A stretch of 59,032 nucleotides of DNA, counting the filler. It is 6 parts of 6 records of this genome, joined end to end, with 100 filler letters (N's around TTAATTAATTAA, not from the genome) between each part and the next. Parts side by side here need not be neighbours in the genome. Positions count along the whole stretch, not along the records: positions 1 to 14,790 come from SRR22947725_1521; positions 14,891 to 29,475 come from SRR22947725_1530; 4 more parts are not named here. One strand, written 5' to 3'. The translations under genes and the position numbers were made by a program. Below the pieces are notes generated by a model. It was given only the letters and a program-made list of their open reading frames with translations, did not search any database and was not told the DNA's origin. Shown piece by piece: positions 9,093 through 18,807 of this stretch. How positions within the stretch are numbered: position 1 is the stretch's first letter; the number at the start of each line of letters is the position of its first letter.

Positions 9093-12000
9093 ATGAAGGT
9101 TTTACATATTTTGATGCTTGTTTTTTGCTCTATACATAGTTTTGCAAATGACATAAATTTGTCAGATGAAAAAAATATTTCTGCAGATAGTTTAGACATA
9201 AAAGTAAACGTTACTGAAAAAAAATTAGATAGTATTTACTTTCCAGAATTTATAACTAAAGAATACAATTTTTTAAATAATAATTTAATTATTAAAAGTA
9301 CAAGCAATCTAGACAAATTGTATAAAATTTCTAAGTCAAATGTAGTTAATAATAATAGTCCGTTTGAAGGGCTTAACACTAATGGAAGTATCTCTAGGGG
9401 GATAACTTTAGGAAATAATCAAAATACTGTGTTAAATAGTGAGTTAGATTTACAGATTTTCGGAAAATTAAATGATAAAGTAGAGGTAACAGCTTCAATA
9501 CAAGATGCTAATATTCCGCTTCAAGATGGTGGTTATTCACAAAAACTTGACGAGTTTGATCAAATTTTCATTGAACTAAAAAGTGAAAAGTGGAAAATAA
9601 GAGCTGGTGATGTTGATTTGAATAACTCAAATACATATTTTGGCAAGTTTGAAAAAAGAATTCAAGGACTATTAGTTTCAGCTAAAATTAATGAGTCAGA
9701 CAATGCGTATGTTTCTGGAGCAATTGTTAAAGGACAATTTAAAAGCAGTAATATCAATATCCAAGATGGAAACCAAGGGCCATATAAATTACAAGGTCAA
9801 CTGGGTGAACTATATATTTTAGTTGTTTCAGGAAGCGAAAAAGTTTATGTAAATGGGCTATTATTACAAAGGGGAGAAAATAAGGATTACATCATCAATT
9901 ATAATGCCGGGGAGATAATTTTTAATACAACTTATCCGGTAAGATCGGATATGAGGGTAAAAATTGACTATCAAATAAGTGATAGAAATTATTCGAGGTT
10001 CATGGCCTATAGTGGAGGACAATTCAGTACTGAAAAAATGAATTTAAATGTAATGATTTATAATGAAAATGATTTAAAAAATCAGCAGTTACAACAAAAC
10101 TTAAATTCAGATAATATTGATGTATTGAGTCAAGCAGGTGATGATTTAGACCTTATGCAATCTTCCTCAATAATAGAGGCAGAATTTGATGAAAATAGAA
10201 TTCTATACAAAAAAATAATCGATAACAATTTGGAATATTACGAATTTTCCAACGATCCAAATGAACAGTTATATTCGATAAAATTTAGTTATGTTGGAGA
10301 AAATGAAGGGGATTATGCATTAGTTAATACAAATGCCATATCAAATATTTACGAATATATACCTCAAATTTCAGGAAATAAACAGGGTAATTATGAACCA
10401 ATAATAAATTTAATGGCTCCAGAAAAAATTCAACTTGCTATAATAAATGGAGATTATCGAATTAGTGAAAATGCAGAAATAAAATTTGAATTAGCAAATA
10501 GCAATAGTGATAAAAATCTATTTTCAACAATTAATGATGAGGATAATACAGGATTAGCTACTAAAATTGAAGTAAAAAACTCTCTTTTAAGAAATGATAA
10601 TTTTAAAATTATTAATAAAATAGAATACAAACATATAGATAAAGATTTTAGATCTATAGAAAATAATTACAATACAGAATTTTTAAGAGACTGGAACTTA
10701 GATTCAACACTTCTAGATATAAATAATCAATTTAACAAAACTCAAAATCAATCCTCAGCAGAGTTAAAATTTTTGAAAAAGAACATAGGATCGATACATT
10801 ATAAATATCAAAACTTAGAGTTTATTGATAATTTTGAAGGAACTAAACATAATGCTGCTTTAAAATATGATTCGAATAACATAACACTTAATTCTAGAAG
10901 TAGTTTTCTTAAATCAAAATCAAATTTATTTGAGTCAAGTTTTAATAGAAGTTATAACTCGATGAGTTTAGACAGTAATGATTTCTGGGCAGAGATAAAT
11001 TTAGATTATGAAGTCAACTCTAAAAAAACTATAATCACAGATTCACTGACTTTAAACAGTCATCAATATAAATCCTATGGAATTAAAAGTGGGATTGGAG
11101 AAAAAGAAAAATTGTTTGTTGAGATTGGATATAATCATATAATAAATGATAGTGTTGTAAATAATTCAATTCAAAAAGTAAATGCATCAAATAATTTTTC
11201 TATTAATTCTCAACTAATAAATAACTCCAACAGCAAACTTTCCATATTTGGCAATTATCGAATACTAAACAGAAATAGTAACGAAAGAAAAGAAAAATTC
11301 TTGAATTCAAAAATTGATTTTTTCAAAAAAACTTCAGATGACGTAATAAAAATTAATGTTTTATATGAATCAAATTCAGGAAATTTAGCTCAACAGGAAT
11401 ACACTTTTATTGAAGTTGAGCCTGGAATTGGAAATTATAAATGGATTGATATTAATGAAAATAACATACAGGAACTGGAAGAATTTGAAATTGCTCAATT
11501 TGAAGATGAAGGCATATACCTTAGAGTATTGTTACCTAATCAAAAATTCATTAAAACTTATCAAAATAAATTTAGTCAATCTTTAAATATTAATTTCAAA
11601 AGCTGGTCAAAAGATGAATCAAAATTTAAAAAACTATTGTCACACTTTCAAAATCAAACTCAATACTTAATACAAAAGCAGAGTGCTCAAGGTAATAATA
11701 AATTTGATTTAAATCCTTTTAAAGTATCATCAGAAAATTTAATTGGATTAACAATGAATTTTAGAAATAGTTTGTTTTTTAATCGAGGTAAAGAATATTA
11801 TTCTACAACTTATAACTTCACAAACAATAGATCGAAAAATTCTTTGTCTTTTGGAAATATTCAAAATGATATATTGAGTCATCAATTAACTTTTAAACAT
11901 AAATTAAATAGTATACTTTTCTCCTCATTGATTTCTATTGAGAATAGGAAGAGCAGAAGTGAGAATTTTGAAAGTAAGAACTATACTTTTGAAGAAATAA

Positions 12001-12389
12001 AATACAATCCAAAATTCACTTATTTTATTGAAAATAATAAAAAAATAGATTTTTATTATCAATACTCAAATAAAGAAAATTTGATTGGAGATTTTGAAAC
12101 TCTAACACAAAATAAGTTTGGTATTTCAAGTTCATTTTCTAATAAAAATAAATTAGCAATTAACGGGGAATTGAACTACTATAAAAATAAGTTTAAGGGC
12201 AACCCAAACTCTATCATTGGTTATATAATGATGGAAGGTTTACAGTCTGGTGATAATTTAACCTGGGCGCTAAATATCCAAAAGAAAGTAACAAAATACG
12301 TAGATCTAAACTTAAATTATTTCGCAAGAAAATCAGACTATAACTCAGTCATTCATAATGGGAGTGTTCAGCTAAAAGCAAATTTTTAG
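9093..12389 (+). CDS. large uncharacterised outer-membrane beta-barrel protein (1098 aa) with SprA-like motifs
   Basis: N-terminal signal peptide, amphipathic beta-strand pattern, C-terminal beta-signal (SVQLKANF). Function not recognised. Confidence 0.65.
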   Translation: MKVLHILMLVFCSIHSFANDINLSDEKNISADSLDIKVNVTEKKLDSIYFPEFITKEYNFLNNNLIIKSTSNLDKLYKISKSNVVNNNSPFEGLNTNGSISRGITLGNNQNTVLNSELDLQIFGKLNDKVEVTASIQDANIPLQDGGYSQKLDEFDQIFIELKSEKWKIRAGDVDLNNSNTYFGKFEKRIQGLLVSAKINESDNAYVSGAIVKGQFKSSNINIQDGNQGPYKLQGQLGELYILVVSGSEKVYVNGLLLQRGENKDYIINYNAGEIIFNTTYPVRSDMRVKIDYQISDRNYSRFMAYSGGQFSTEKMNLNVMIYNENDLKNQQLQQNLNSDNIDVLSQAGDDLDLMQSSSIIEAEFDENRILYKKIIDNNLEYYEFSNDPNEQLYSIKFSYVGENEGDYALVNTNAISNIYEYIPQISGNKQGNYEPIINLMAPEKIQLAIINGDYRISENAEIKFELANSNSDKNLFSTINDEDNTGLATKIEVKNSLLRNDNFKIINKIEYKHIDKDFRSIENNYNTEFLRDWNLDSTLLDINNQFNKTQNQSSAELKFLKKNIGSIHYKYQNLEFIDNFEGTKHNAALKYDSNNITLNSRSSFLKSKSNLFESSFNRSYNSMSLDSNDFWAEINLDYEVNSKKTIITDSLTLNSHQYKSYGIKSGIGEKEKLFVEIGYNHIINDSVVNNSIQKVNASNNFSINSQLINNSNSKLSIFGNYRILNRNSNERKEKFLNSKIDFFKKTSDDVIKINVLYESNSGNLAQQEYTFIEVEPGIGNYKWIDINENNIQELEEFEIAQFEDEGIYLRVLLPNQKFIKTYQNKFSQSLNINFKSWSKDESKFKKLLSHFQNQTQYLIQKQSAQGNNKFDLNPFKVSSENLIGLTMNFRNSLFFNRGKEYYSTTYNFTNNRSKNSLSFGNIQNDILSHQLTFKHKLNSILFSSLISIENRKSRSENFESKNYTFEEIKYNPKFTYFIENNKKIDFYYQYSNKENLIGDFETLTQNKFGISSSFSNKNKLAINGELNYYKNKFKGNPNSIIGYIMMEGLQSGDNLTWALNIQKKVTKYVDLNLNYFARKSDYNSVIHNGSVQLKANF

Positions 12390-12392
12390 CAT

Positions 12393-12427
12393 AAAAAAAG
12401 GGAAGCTAAGTAGCTTCCCTTTTTTTT
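12393..12427. terminator. bidirectional intrinsic terminator
   Basis: A7-GGGAAGCTA-ag-TAGCTTCCC-T8, a perfect inverted repeat between convergent genes. Confidence 0.9.
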
Positions 12428-12440
12428 AAAGTTAATTATA

Positions 12441-14789
12441 TTATTTTTTAATTAATTTATAAGTATTTTGTTTATTTAATTGTTTATCAAGTACTTGAAG
12501 GAAATAAACACCTTTTGATAAATTTGAAAAATCAACTCTATTATTAGAACTTGTAAACTTACCATTAAAAATAATTTGACCAGTGATATTAAATATTGAA
12601 TAGTTTAAACCACTGCTAGAACCAACATTAACATTCAAAATATTACTAATAGGATTTGGATAAATTGATATATTTTCAATTTGAATATTTTCTGTACCTA
12701 AACTTTCAACAATATTTGCCATATAATCTTCAGTCTCACCATATTGAGTTTCCTCACATGCATCGTCTGGTACAGGTGCATTCCAATTAGATTTAGCTCT
12801 CATTATATGTGGTCCTAAAGCAGCATTAGCTGGAACAACTAAATCCATATTTTCAGTATAGCTTCCAGAGGCAGAGCCTGATGCAATTACAAAATTATCT
12901 ACAACTAACTCGTCTAAAGAGAATGTATAATCATCATTGAAATCTATCCAAACTCTAATGTATTGATTTCCATAACCAGTTGTAACCGTTAATTGATGTG
13001 CAGCTCCTTGCTCTAGATCTGTAGACAAGTTTGTGAAGTTTTCATATCCAACTCCACCTTCACCAGTGTTATTGTTTATATCCCCTAATTGAAATAAATG
13101 AAACCCATCTCCATAAGAAAGATCTCCAACTGGACTGCAATTAGCATTAGTGATATTAGAGGACAATGAATTGTTTGAATCGTTGGCATCATTATTTAGA
13201 AATACTGTTACAATAAGATCATATATTCCAAATGCAGAGAAGTCAGCTGATTCATTAAATGTATAGCTAACAGAGGTATTTCCTTGTAATGGACCAGAAA
13301 AAGTTTCTGTTACTATAATACCATTAATTTCATAAGATACTTCAAAATTAGATTGTGAAGATGAACCATAGTTGGTAATAACAACTGTAACTAATTCATT
13401 AGCTGAAAGGTTCGTTCCGGATGATGGACTTATAATTTCTGAAATTCCTAGGTCATTTGGATTAAGATGTGTTACTTCTGTATAAACACCGTCATTTTCG
13501 GAATCTTCATCTCCAGATAAAGAAGTATAAGAATAAATTTGATACGTTGTCCCAACCGATGACATATCAGCAGTAGATGAAAATGAATACTGAGCAGACT
13601 CACCAGTTAATATCGTGCCTGAAAAATTTTCTGTTACTATTGAACCTCCGTCAACTTGGTAAGAAACATCAAAATTTGAAATTGAGTTTTCTCCATAATT
13701 TATTATTGTCACTGTTATAACCTCACTAGAAGTTAAAACGCCATCTAAAGGAGAATCTATACTTGAAATACCAGAATCATAAGGATAAACAGTTAATGCT
13801 GGATAAGGGTCCATTGTATCGTTACCAGTGTTTTGAGGATCTAGCCAGTCTCTTAATCTAGTAGAAGATGTTCCGGCACCTTCCCACGAAACTCCAACTC
13901 TACCATAATAATCAAATTGATTATTATCATTGGTACCTGAACAAGCTGCTCCACCTCCAAATAATTGACCAATGATTCTTCCTTCTTGATCAAATAAGGG
14001 AGAACCAGAAGATCCAGGTTCAGTAACACCTATTTCCCATCCTCCAAATAGTCCACCACCAACAATTTCCCAAGTCTGAGCTCCACCATTTACTTCTTTA
14101 GTAGCTGGGTTGTCGTCTCTACAAACTTTCATTACATCACCAGACGGATGGTGTATCCCTACTTGGAATTCAGGGAAATTATCAGATTTATCCCAACCTG
14201 CAAAAACTCTATCCCATTCCTCTGGAATTTCAGAATTAATTTCAACCAAAGCAAAATCAGATCCTGCATCTCTTGCTCTTAACGTAGCACCACTAATAGT
14301 CATATTAGTTGGCCCATTAGAGCTATTTTCTGTAGTTGCACAAACAGAGTTGGGGCTAATCCAACCAAATCTAAAAGCCCATGAAGCTGGGTTACTATAA
14401 CAATGATTGGCTGTTAAAAAATACGGAGTTCCGTCATTTTCGGTATTATTTATTAGAGCTCCTGAACAAAAACCTGACCCACCAGAAAGTAAAATTCCTG
14501 CAGATCTTTTATTATGCTCTTTTAATTCTTCCCAATCTTCACCAATGGAACAATCAACATCTAAATTACAATCTCCAGAATCATTTAAGCCTTTAGCTAA
14601 ATTGAAAGTGTCTGCATTTCTGTATCCGTGAGTTGCTTTTGCAATATGTAATGTTCCTTGACCTTGAACACTTAATGGTTCGTAATATTCAATCCATACT
14701 GAATCTCCGTTAACAAGCCAAGTTCCAAGAACACCACCTTCTTGATTTTGTTTATGAGTGTAAGCGCCTAACAAATCTGAGTGGTCATC
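12441..14789 (-). CDS. T9SS-secreted lysyl-endopeptidase-like serine protease (S1 fold, two CARDB/Ig-like repeats, GEVED domain, T9SS type A CTD), 5'-truncated
   Basis: Triad motifs LTANHC, GSDFALV, TEPGSSGSPLF; GEVED-like 'RVWIDFN...GETEDY'; CTD 'ISIYPNP...LSKGVYFL...KLIKK'; frame open to the contig edge. Confidence 0.88.
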   Translation of the reverse strand, partial: DDHSDLLGAYTHKQNQEGGVLGTWLVNGDSVWIEYYEPLSVQGQGTLHIAKATHGYRNADTFNLAKGLNDSGDCNLDVDCSIGEDWEELKEHNKRSAGILLSGGSGFCSGALINNTENDGTPYFLTANHCYSNPASWAFRFGWISPNSVCATTENSSNGPTNMTISGATLRARDAGSDFALVEINSEIPEEWDRVFAGWDKSDNFPEFQVGIHHPSGDVMKVCRDDNPATKEVNGGAQTWEIVGGGLFGGWEIGVTEPGSSGSPLFDQEGRIIGQLFGGGAACSGTNDNNQFDYYGRVGVSWEGAGTSSTRLRDWLDPQNTGNDTMDPYPALTVYPYDSGISSIDSPLDGVLTSSEVITVTIINYGENSISNFDVSYQVDGGSIVTENFSGTILTGESAQYSFSSTADMSSVGTTYQIYSYTSLSGDEDSENDGVYTEVTHLNPNDLGISEIISPSSGTNLSANELVTVVITNYGSSSQSNFEVSYEINGIIVTETFSGPLQGNTSVSYTFNESADFSAFGIYDLIVTVFLNNDANDSNNSLSSNITNANCSPVGDLSYGDGFHLFQLGDINNNTGEGGVGYENFTNLSTDLEQGAAHQLTVTTGYGNQYIRVWIDFNDDYTFSLDELVVDNFVIASGSASGSYTENMDLVVPANAALGPHIMRAKSNWNAPVPDDACEETQYGETEDYMANIVESLGTENIQIENISIYPNPISNILNVNVGSSSGLNYSIFNITGQIIFNGKFTSSNNRVDFSNLSKGVYFLQVLDKQLNKQNTYKLIKK

Positions 14790-14790
14790 A

Positions 14791-14890
14791 NNNNNNNNNN
14801 NNNNNNNNNNNNNNNNNNNNNNNNNNNNNNNNNNTTAATTAATTAANNNNNNNNNNNNNNNNNNNNNNNNNNNNNNNNNNNNNNNNNNNN
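14791..14890. other. artificial contig spacer
   Basis: 44 N + TTAATTAATTAA (stops in all six frames) + 44 N. Confidence 0.99.
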
Positions 14891-14916
14891 GCTCTAACCA
14901 ACTGAGCTACCTCGCC
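14891..14916 (-). tRNA. 5' fragment of a tRNA (probably tRNA-Met), cut by the contig end
   Basis: Minus strand reads GGCGAGGTAGCTCAGTTGGTTAGAGC: acceptor 5' strand, TA, and D-arm GCTC/GAGC with the invariant GG. The anticodon is missing, so identity is tentative. TTGATT-17nt-TATAAA lies just upstream (14954-14926). Confidence 0.8.
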
Positions 14917-14954
14917 TTAAAAAAATTTATAATATGTTTAAATTGATGAATCAA

Positions 14955-15926
14955 TCACTTAAGTCTATTTAGGTCGCTTTTAACCATGTCTAATACGAGG
15001 CTTTTAAAATCATATTTTGGTTTCCATTTTAAAATTTTCCTTATTTTGGATGTATCCGCTATTCTAGCGTTGCTATCTTTTTTTCTAACAAATTTTTTGT
15101 CAAATTTAATATATTTCTTATAATTCAATTTTACATGGTTAAATGCAATTCTTGCAAAATCTTCAACCGAATGGAGTTTTCCTGTTCCAATTATATAATC
15201 GTCTCCTTTTTTGTGTTTGCAAATCATCCACATAGCATTTGCAAAATCTTCAGCATGACCCCAATCTCTTTTTGATTTAATATTTCCTAGCTTAATTTTT
15301 TTTTGTAAATCGGATTTGATTCTAGCAACAGATTTTGAAATTTTTCTTAACACAAAATTTTCATTTTTTATTGGGGACTCATGATTAAAAAGTATACCGT
15401 TTGATGCATGCATACCATAATTTTGCCTGTAGTTCTTAACTAAATAAAAACTTGCTAACTTTGAAATTCCATAAGCAGAACTTGGATTGTGTAAAGTTTC
15501 TTCATTAATTTTTCTTTTTGGGTTTTTTTCGTATATTTCTGATGATGATGCGTTAAAAAATTTGATTTTTTTGTTTATGTCATAAGCTGATGACAGCAAA
15601 AAATGAGTATAATTTAAATTAATATCAAATGTATAAAATTGATTATTAAATGAGTGGCCATCATGAGATTGTGCTGCTAAATGATAAAATTCATCAGGAT
15701 TTATTTTTTTTATTAATTTTTTTAATTTATCTCGGTCGTTATATTCTACTTTATGAAGAGTTATTCTTTTTATATTTTTTTTTATTTTCCAGTTATTTTT
15801 TGAATTTTTTATTTTAAATGATGTTCTTACAAAACCATGAACTTTATAGTTTTTTTTTAGAAGTAGTTCCGATAAATATGAACCATCTTGACCATTGATA
15901 CCTGTGATTAAAGCTACCTTTGACAT
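14955..15926 (-). CDS. gmd: GDP-mannose 4,6-dehydratase
   Basis: ALITGINGQDGSYL, LAAQSH, SSSE, YGISK, GILFNHESP, RDWGHAED. Confidence 0.9.
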   Translation of the reverse strand: MSKVALITGINGQDGSYLSELLLKKNYKVHGFVRTSFKIKNSKNNWKIKKNIKRITLHKVEYNDRDKLKKLIKKINPDEFYHLAAQSHDGHSFNNQFYTFDINLNYTHFLLSSAYDINKKIKFFNASSSEIYEKNPKRKINEETLHNPSSAYGISKLASFYLVKNYRQNYGMHASNGILFNHESPIKNENFVLRKISKSVARIKSDLQKKIKLGNIKSKRDWGHAEDFANAMWMICKHKKGDDYIIGTGKLHSVEDFARIAFNHVKLNYKKYIKFDKKFVRKKDSNARIADTSKIRKILKWKPKYDFKSLVLDMVKSDLNRLK

Positions 15927-15972
15927 CTTAAATTATTGTGTATAGAAATTATTTACATTATACAAAATAATA

Positions 15973-17274
15973 ATGAAAACTAATAGAGAAATCTCCTACC
16001 TTAAAAAATGCAAAATTTGTGATAACAAAAATTTAAAAAAGGTTTTATTTATTAATGAACAGTATATTTCAGCCACTTTTGTAAAATCTAATCGAAACAA
16101 TAAGTTAACTAAAATTAAAACACCTCTTACTTTAGTTTTATGCGATAAATCAAAAAACAAAAAAGCATGTGGTTTATTACAACTTCTTGAAATCACAAAG
16201 CCAGATTTATTGTATAGAAAATATTTTTATAGATCAGCAACTAATGATACTATGAGGAAAGATTTGAAAAATGTTGTTTCAAGTGTATACAAAATAGCTA
16301 AACCTAATAAAAAAGATCTAATAATAGACATAGGATCAAATGATTGCACTTTACTAAATTTTTATAATAAAAAGTTTCAATTAGTTGGTTTTGAACCCGC
16401 TAGAAATATAAAGTATATTGATAAAAGTAAGAATATTAAAATTTTTAATACATATTTTAATTATTCAGATTTTAAAAAAAAATTTTCCAAATCTAGAGCA
16501 AAAATAATCACTTCTTGTGCTATGTTTTATGATATTGCTAAACCAAAGAAGTTTGTATCCGATATAGATAAAATTCTAGATAAAGACGGAGTTTGGTGTG
16601 TGCAAATTAGTTATTTAGCTTCAATGATAACTAATAATAATTTTTATGATATTTGCCACGAACATCTCTCGTATTACTCTTTAACGACATTTAATCATTT
16701 ACTTAAAAATTTTAATTTAAGATCTTTTTATGCAGAAACAAACGCTGTAAATGGCGGAAGTATAAGAATTTATGTTTGTAGAAAAAATTCACATTTTCTA
16801 AAAAATGAAACTTATAAAAAAGTATTAAAGAAAATTTTACAAAAAGAAAACAAGCTTTCATTGTCAAATTTTAAAACCTTTTTTAATTACCAAAAGAAAA
16901 TCGACAATATTAAACTTAAAACAAATAAATTTGTAGATCGTATTCAAAACAGAGGTGGAAAGGTTTTCGGATTAGGCGCAAGCACTAAAGGGAATATTTT
17001 ATTACAACATTTTGGTCTTACTAAAGCAAAAATTCCTTTTATTAGCGAGAGGAATCCTGAGAAAGTTGGCTTAAGATGCTTAGGCTCAGATATAGAATTG
17101 ATTTCAGAAAAAAATGCAAGAAAAAGAAATCCCAAAGCTTTTTTAGTTTTACCTTGGAATTTTAAAAAAGAAATTATTAAGAGAGAAAAAAATTATTTAA
17201 AAAAGAATGGTATCTTAATGTTTCCGATGCCTTACCCGCACTATATAAGCAAAAAAGGTGAGAAAAAGTTATAG
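15973..17274 (+). CDS. NDP-hexose C-methyltransferase (Zn-binding N-terminus, class I SAM domain, C-methyltransferase C-terminal domain)
   Basis: CKIC...C...CGLLQ zinc motif, IDIGSNDCTLL, YDICHEHLSYYS, GASTKGNILL, LPWNF. Confidence 0.85.
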   Translation: MKTNREISYLKKCKICDNKNLKKVLFINEQYISATFVKSNRNNKLTKIKTPLTLVLCDKSKNKKACGLLQLLEITKPDLLYRKYFYRSATNDTMRKDLKNVVSSVYKIAKPNKKDLIIDIGSNDCTLLNFYNKKFQLVGFEPARNIKYIDKSKNIKIFNTYFNYSDFKKKFSKSRAKIITSCAMFYDIAKPKKFVSDIDKILDKDGVWCVQISYLASMITNNNFYDICHEHLSYYSLTTFNHLLKNFNLRSFYAETNAVNGGSIRIYVCRKNSHFLKNETYKKVLKKILQKENKLSLSNFKTFFNYQKKIDNIKLKTNKFVDRIQNRGGKVFGLGASTKGNILLQHFGLTKAKIPFISERNPEKVGLRCLGSDIELISEKNARKRNPKAFLVLPWNFKKEIIKREKNYLKKNGILMFPMPYPHYISKKGEKKL

Positions 17275-17281
17275 GTGCTAC

Positions 17282-18190
17282 ATGTTAAAAAATAAATTTT
17301 GGTTAAGGTTTTTTAATAAGTCTAAATACCATCAAATTAAAAATGAAGAAAATATTCTTAAAAGTGTAAATAATTTTGAAAAAAATTATAAAATTAAAAT
17401 TGAACAAATACAAAAAAAAATTTATAAAAAAGAAAATTTAAATTTCTTACACTCTGGACACGCAGCTGATATCATTAATGTGCTACCCGTTATTAAAGAA
17501 TTGTCGAAAAAACATTTATGTAATCTCTATATTAATATCAAAAAACCGATAAAATATTATCATAAACATCCTGCTGGAAAATATTATTTAGATAATAGAA
17601 TTTATGGCTTAATAGAACCGCTTTTAAAAAAACAACTTTATATAAATAAAATTAAAATATTTGAAAATGAGGAGATAGACATTGATTTTGATTTAATTAG
17701 AGAGTTACCTATCAATCTTACTTTTGATAATGCAAGATATGCTTCAATTTTAACAGGAATATATCCAGATCTGTCTTTAAATTTTTTAGAATGTGATGAA
17801 CACAAAAGATATAAAGGTCACGTAGCTATACAGAGAACGTTTAGATACAGAAATCAGTTTATTGATTATTCTTTTTTGAAAAATTATGAAAAACTTCTTT
17901 TTATTGGAATTAGGAGTGAATATGAAGATTTAAAAAAAATTGTAGGTAATTTAGAATTTTATAACTGTAAAGATTTTCTTGAAATGAGTGAAATAATTAA
18001 ATCAAGTAAATTTACTCTTGGTAACTCCTCTTTAGCTTTTCCAATTGCTGAAGGATTAAATGTTCCTAGATTATTGGAAACATGTCCATATTTTCCAGCA
18101 GCTCAACCTCATGGTAAAAATGCTTTTAATTTTTATTTTCAACATGAATTCGAAAGATATTTTAAATATCTTTATAATTTAAATGATTAA
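17282..18190 (+). CDS. putative GT-B glycosyltransferase (GT9-like)
   Basis: HSGHAADIINVLPVI resembles the GT9 'GD-hydrophobic-P' motif; C-terminal 'IIKSSKFTLGNSSLAFPIAEGLNVP' resembles the GT9 nucleotide-binding region; glycan-locus context. Confidence 0.5.
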   Translation: MLKNKFWLRFFNKSKYHQIKNEENILKSVNNFEKNYKIKIEQIQKKIYKKENLNFLHSGHAADIINVLPVIKELSKKHLCNLYINIKKPIKYYHKHPAGKYYLDNRIYGLIEPLLKKQLYINKIKIFENEEIDIDFDLIRELPINLTFDNARYASILTGIYPDLSLNFLECDEHKRYKGHVAIQRTFRYRNQFIDYSFLKNYEKLLFIGIRSEYEDLKKIVGNLEFYNCKDFLEMSEIIKSSKFTLGNSSLAFPIAEGLNVPRLLETCPYFPAAQPHGKNAFNFYFQHEFERYFKYLYNLND

Positions 18191-18192
18191 TA

Positions 18193-18786
18193 TTAATGGT
18201 AAAATAATTTTTCGACACCATAACAATATTTAGAAAATCTAATTCTTTCCAAAGGAAAATCTTTTGTTAATTCATCCATATTTTTCTTAATGGAAGTTTT
18301 GAGTTCAGCGATTACTCTATCATCTTTTGCTATAAAATTTGTATCGTAGCTTCTATAAGTAATATTTGTATCTATTGATATTCTTACATTTTCTAAACGT
18401 AAATATTCTCTTTCATATTTTACATAAATTTTTGGAACACATAGTCCATATTGATTATCAAAAATTCCTTGCTCTCTCACTTTCGCAAATCCTTGATTAT
18501 CTATTACTTCTCTTTTTTTAAATCTTCCTTCTACAGAAGAATTCTTAATTTCAAAATAAATTCTTTCATCACTATGATTGGGATATGTTCTAACTCTTAT
18601 TTTTTTTCTTGGAGTAAGACCTTCAATAGAGTCTGTATAAGTATCAAAATTTTGATTATCAAAATATAAACTTTCTATTATTCTCGGCTCATGAATACCT
18701 TTAGCAGATATTTTATGGAGAAAACTCTTAAAATCAAATAAATTTTCTTTTTTTATATATAGTTTTTGCTCTACTCTAAAACTCAT
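18193..18786 (-). CDS. VTC-domain (polyphosphate polymerase/TTM) protein
   Basis: RxExK (FRVEQK), IESLYFD, RKKIRVRTY, FEIK, YEREY, RISID, ELK, FSKY. Confidence 0.88.
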   Translation of the reverse strand: MSFRVEQKLYIKKENLFDFKSFLHKISAKGIHEPRIIESLYFDNQNFDTYTDSIEGLTPRKKIRVRTYPNHSDERIYFEIKNSSVEGRFKKREVIDNQGFAKVREQGIFDNQYGLCVPKIYVKYEREYLRLENVRISIDTNITYRSYDTNFIAKDDRVIAELKTSIKKNMDELTKDFPLERIRFSKYCYGVEKLFYH

Positions 18787-18807
18787 AAATTTATAATTTG
18801 TAGTCTT

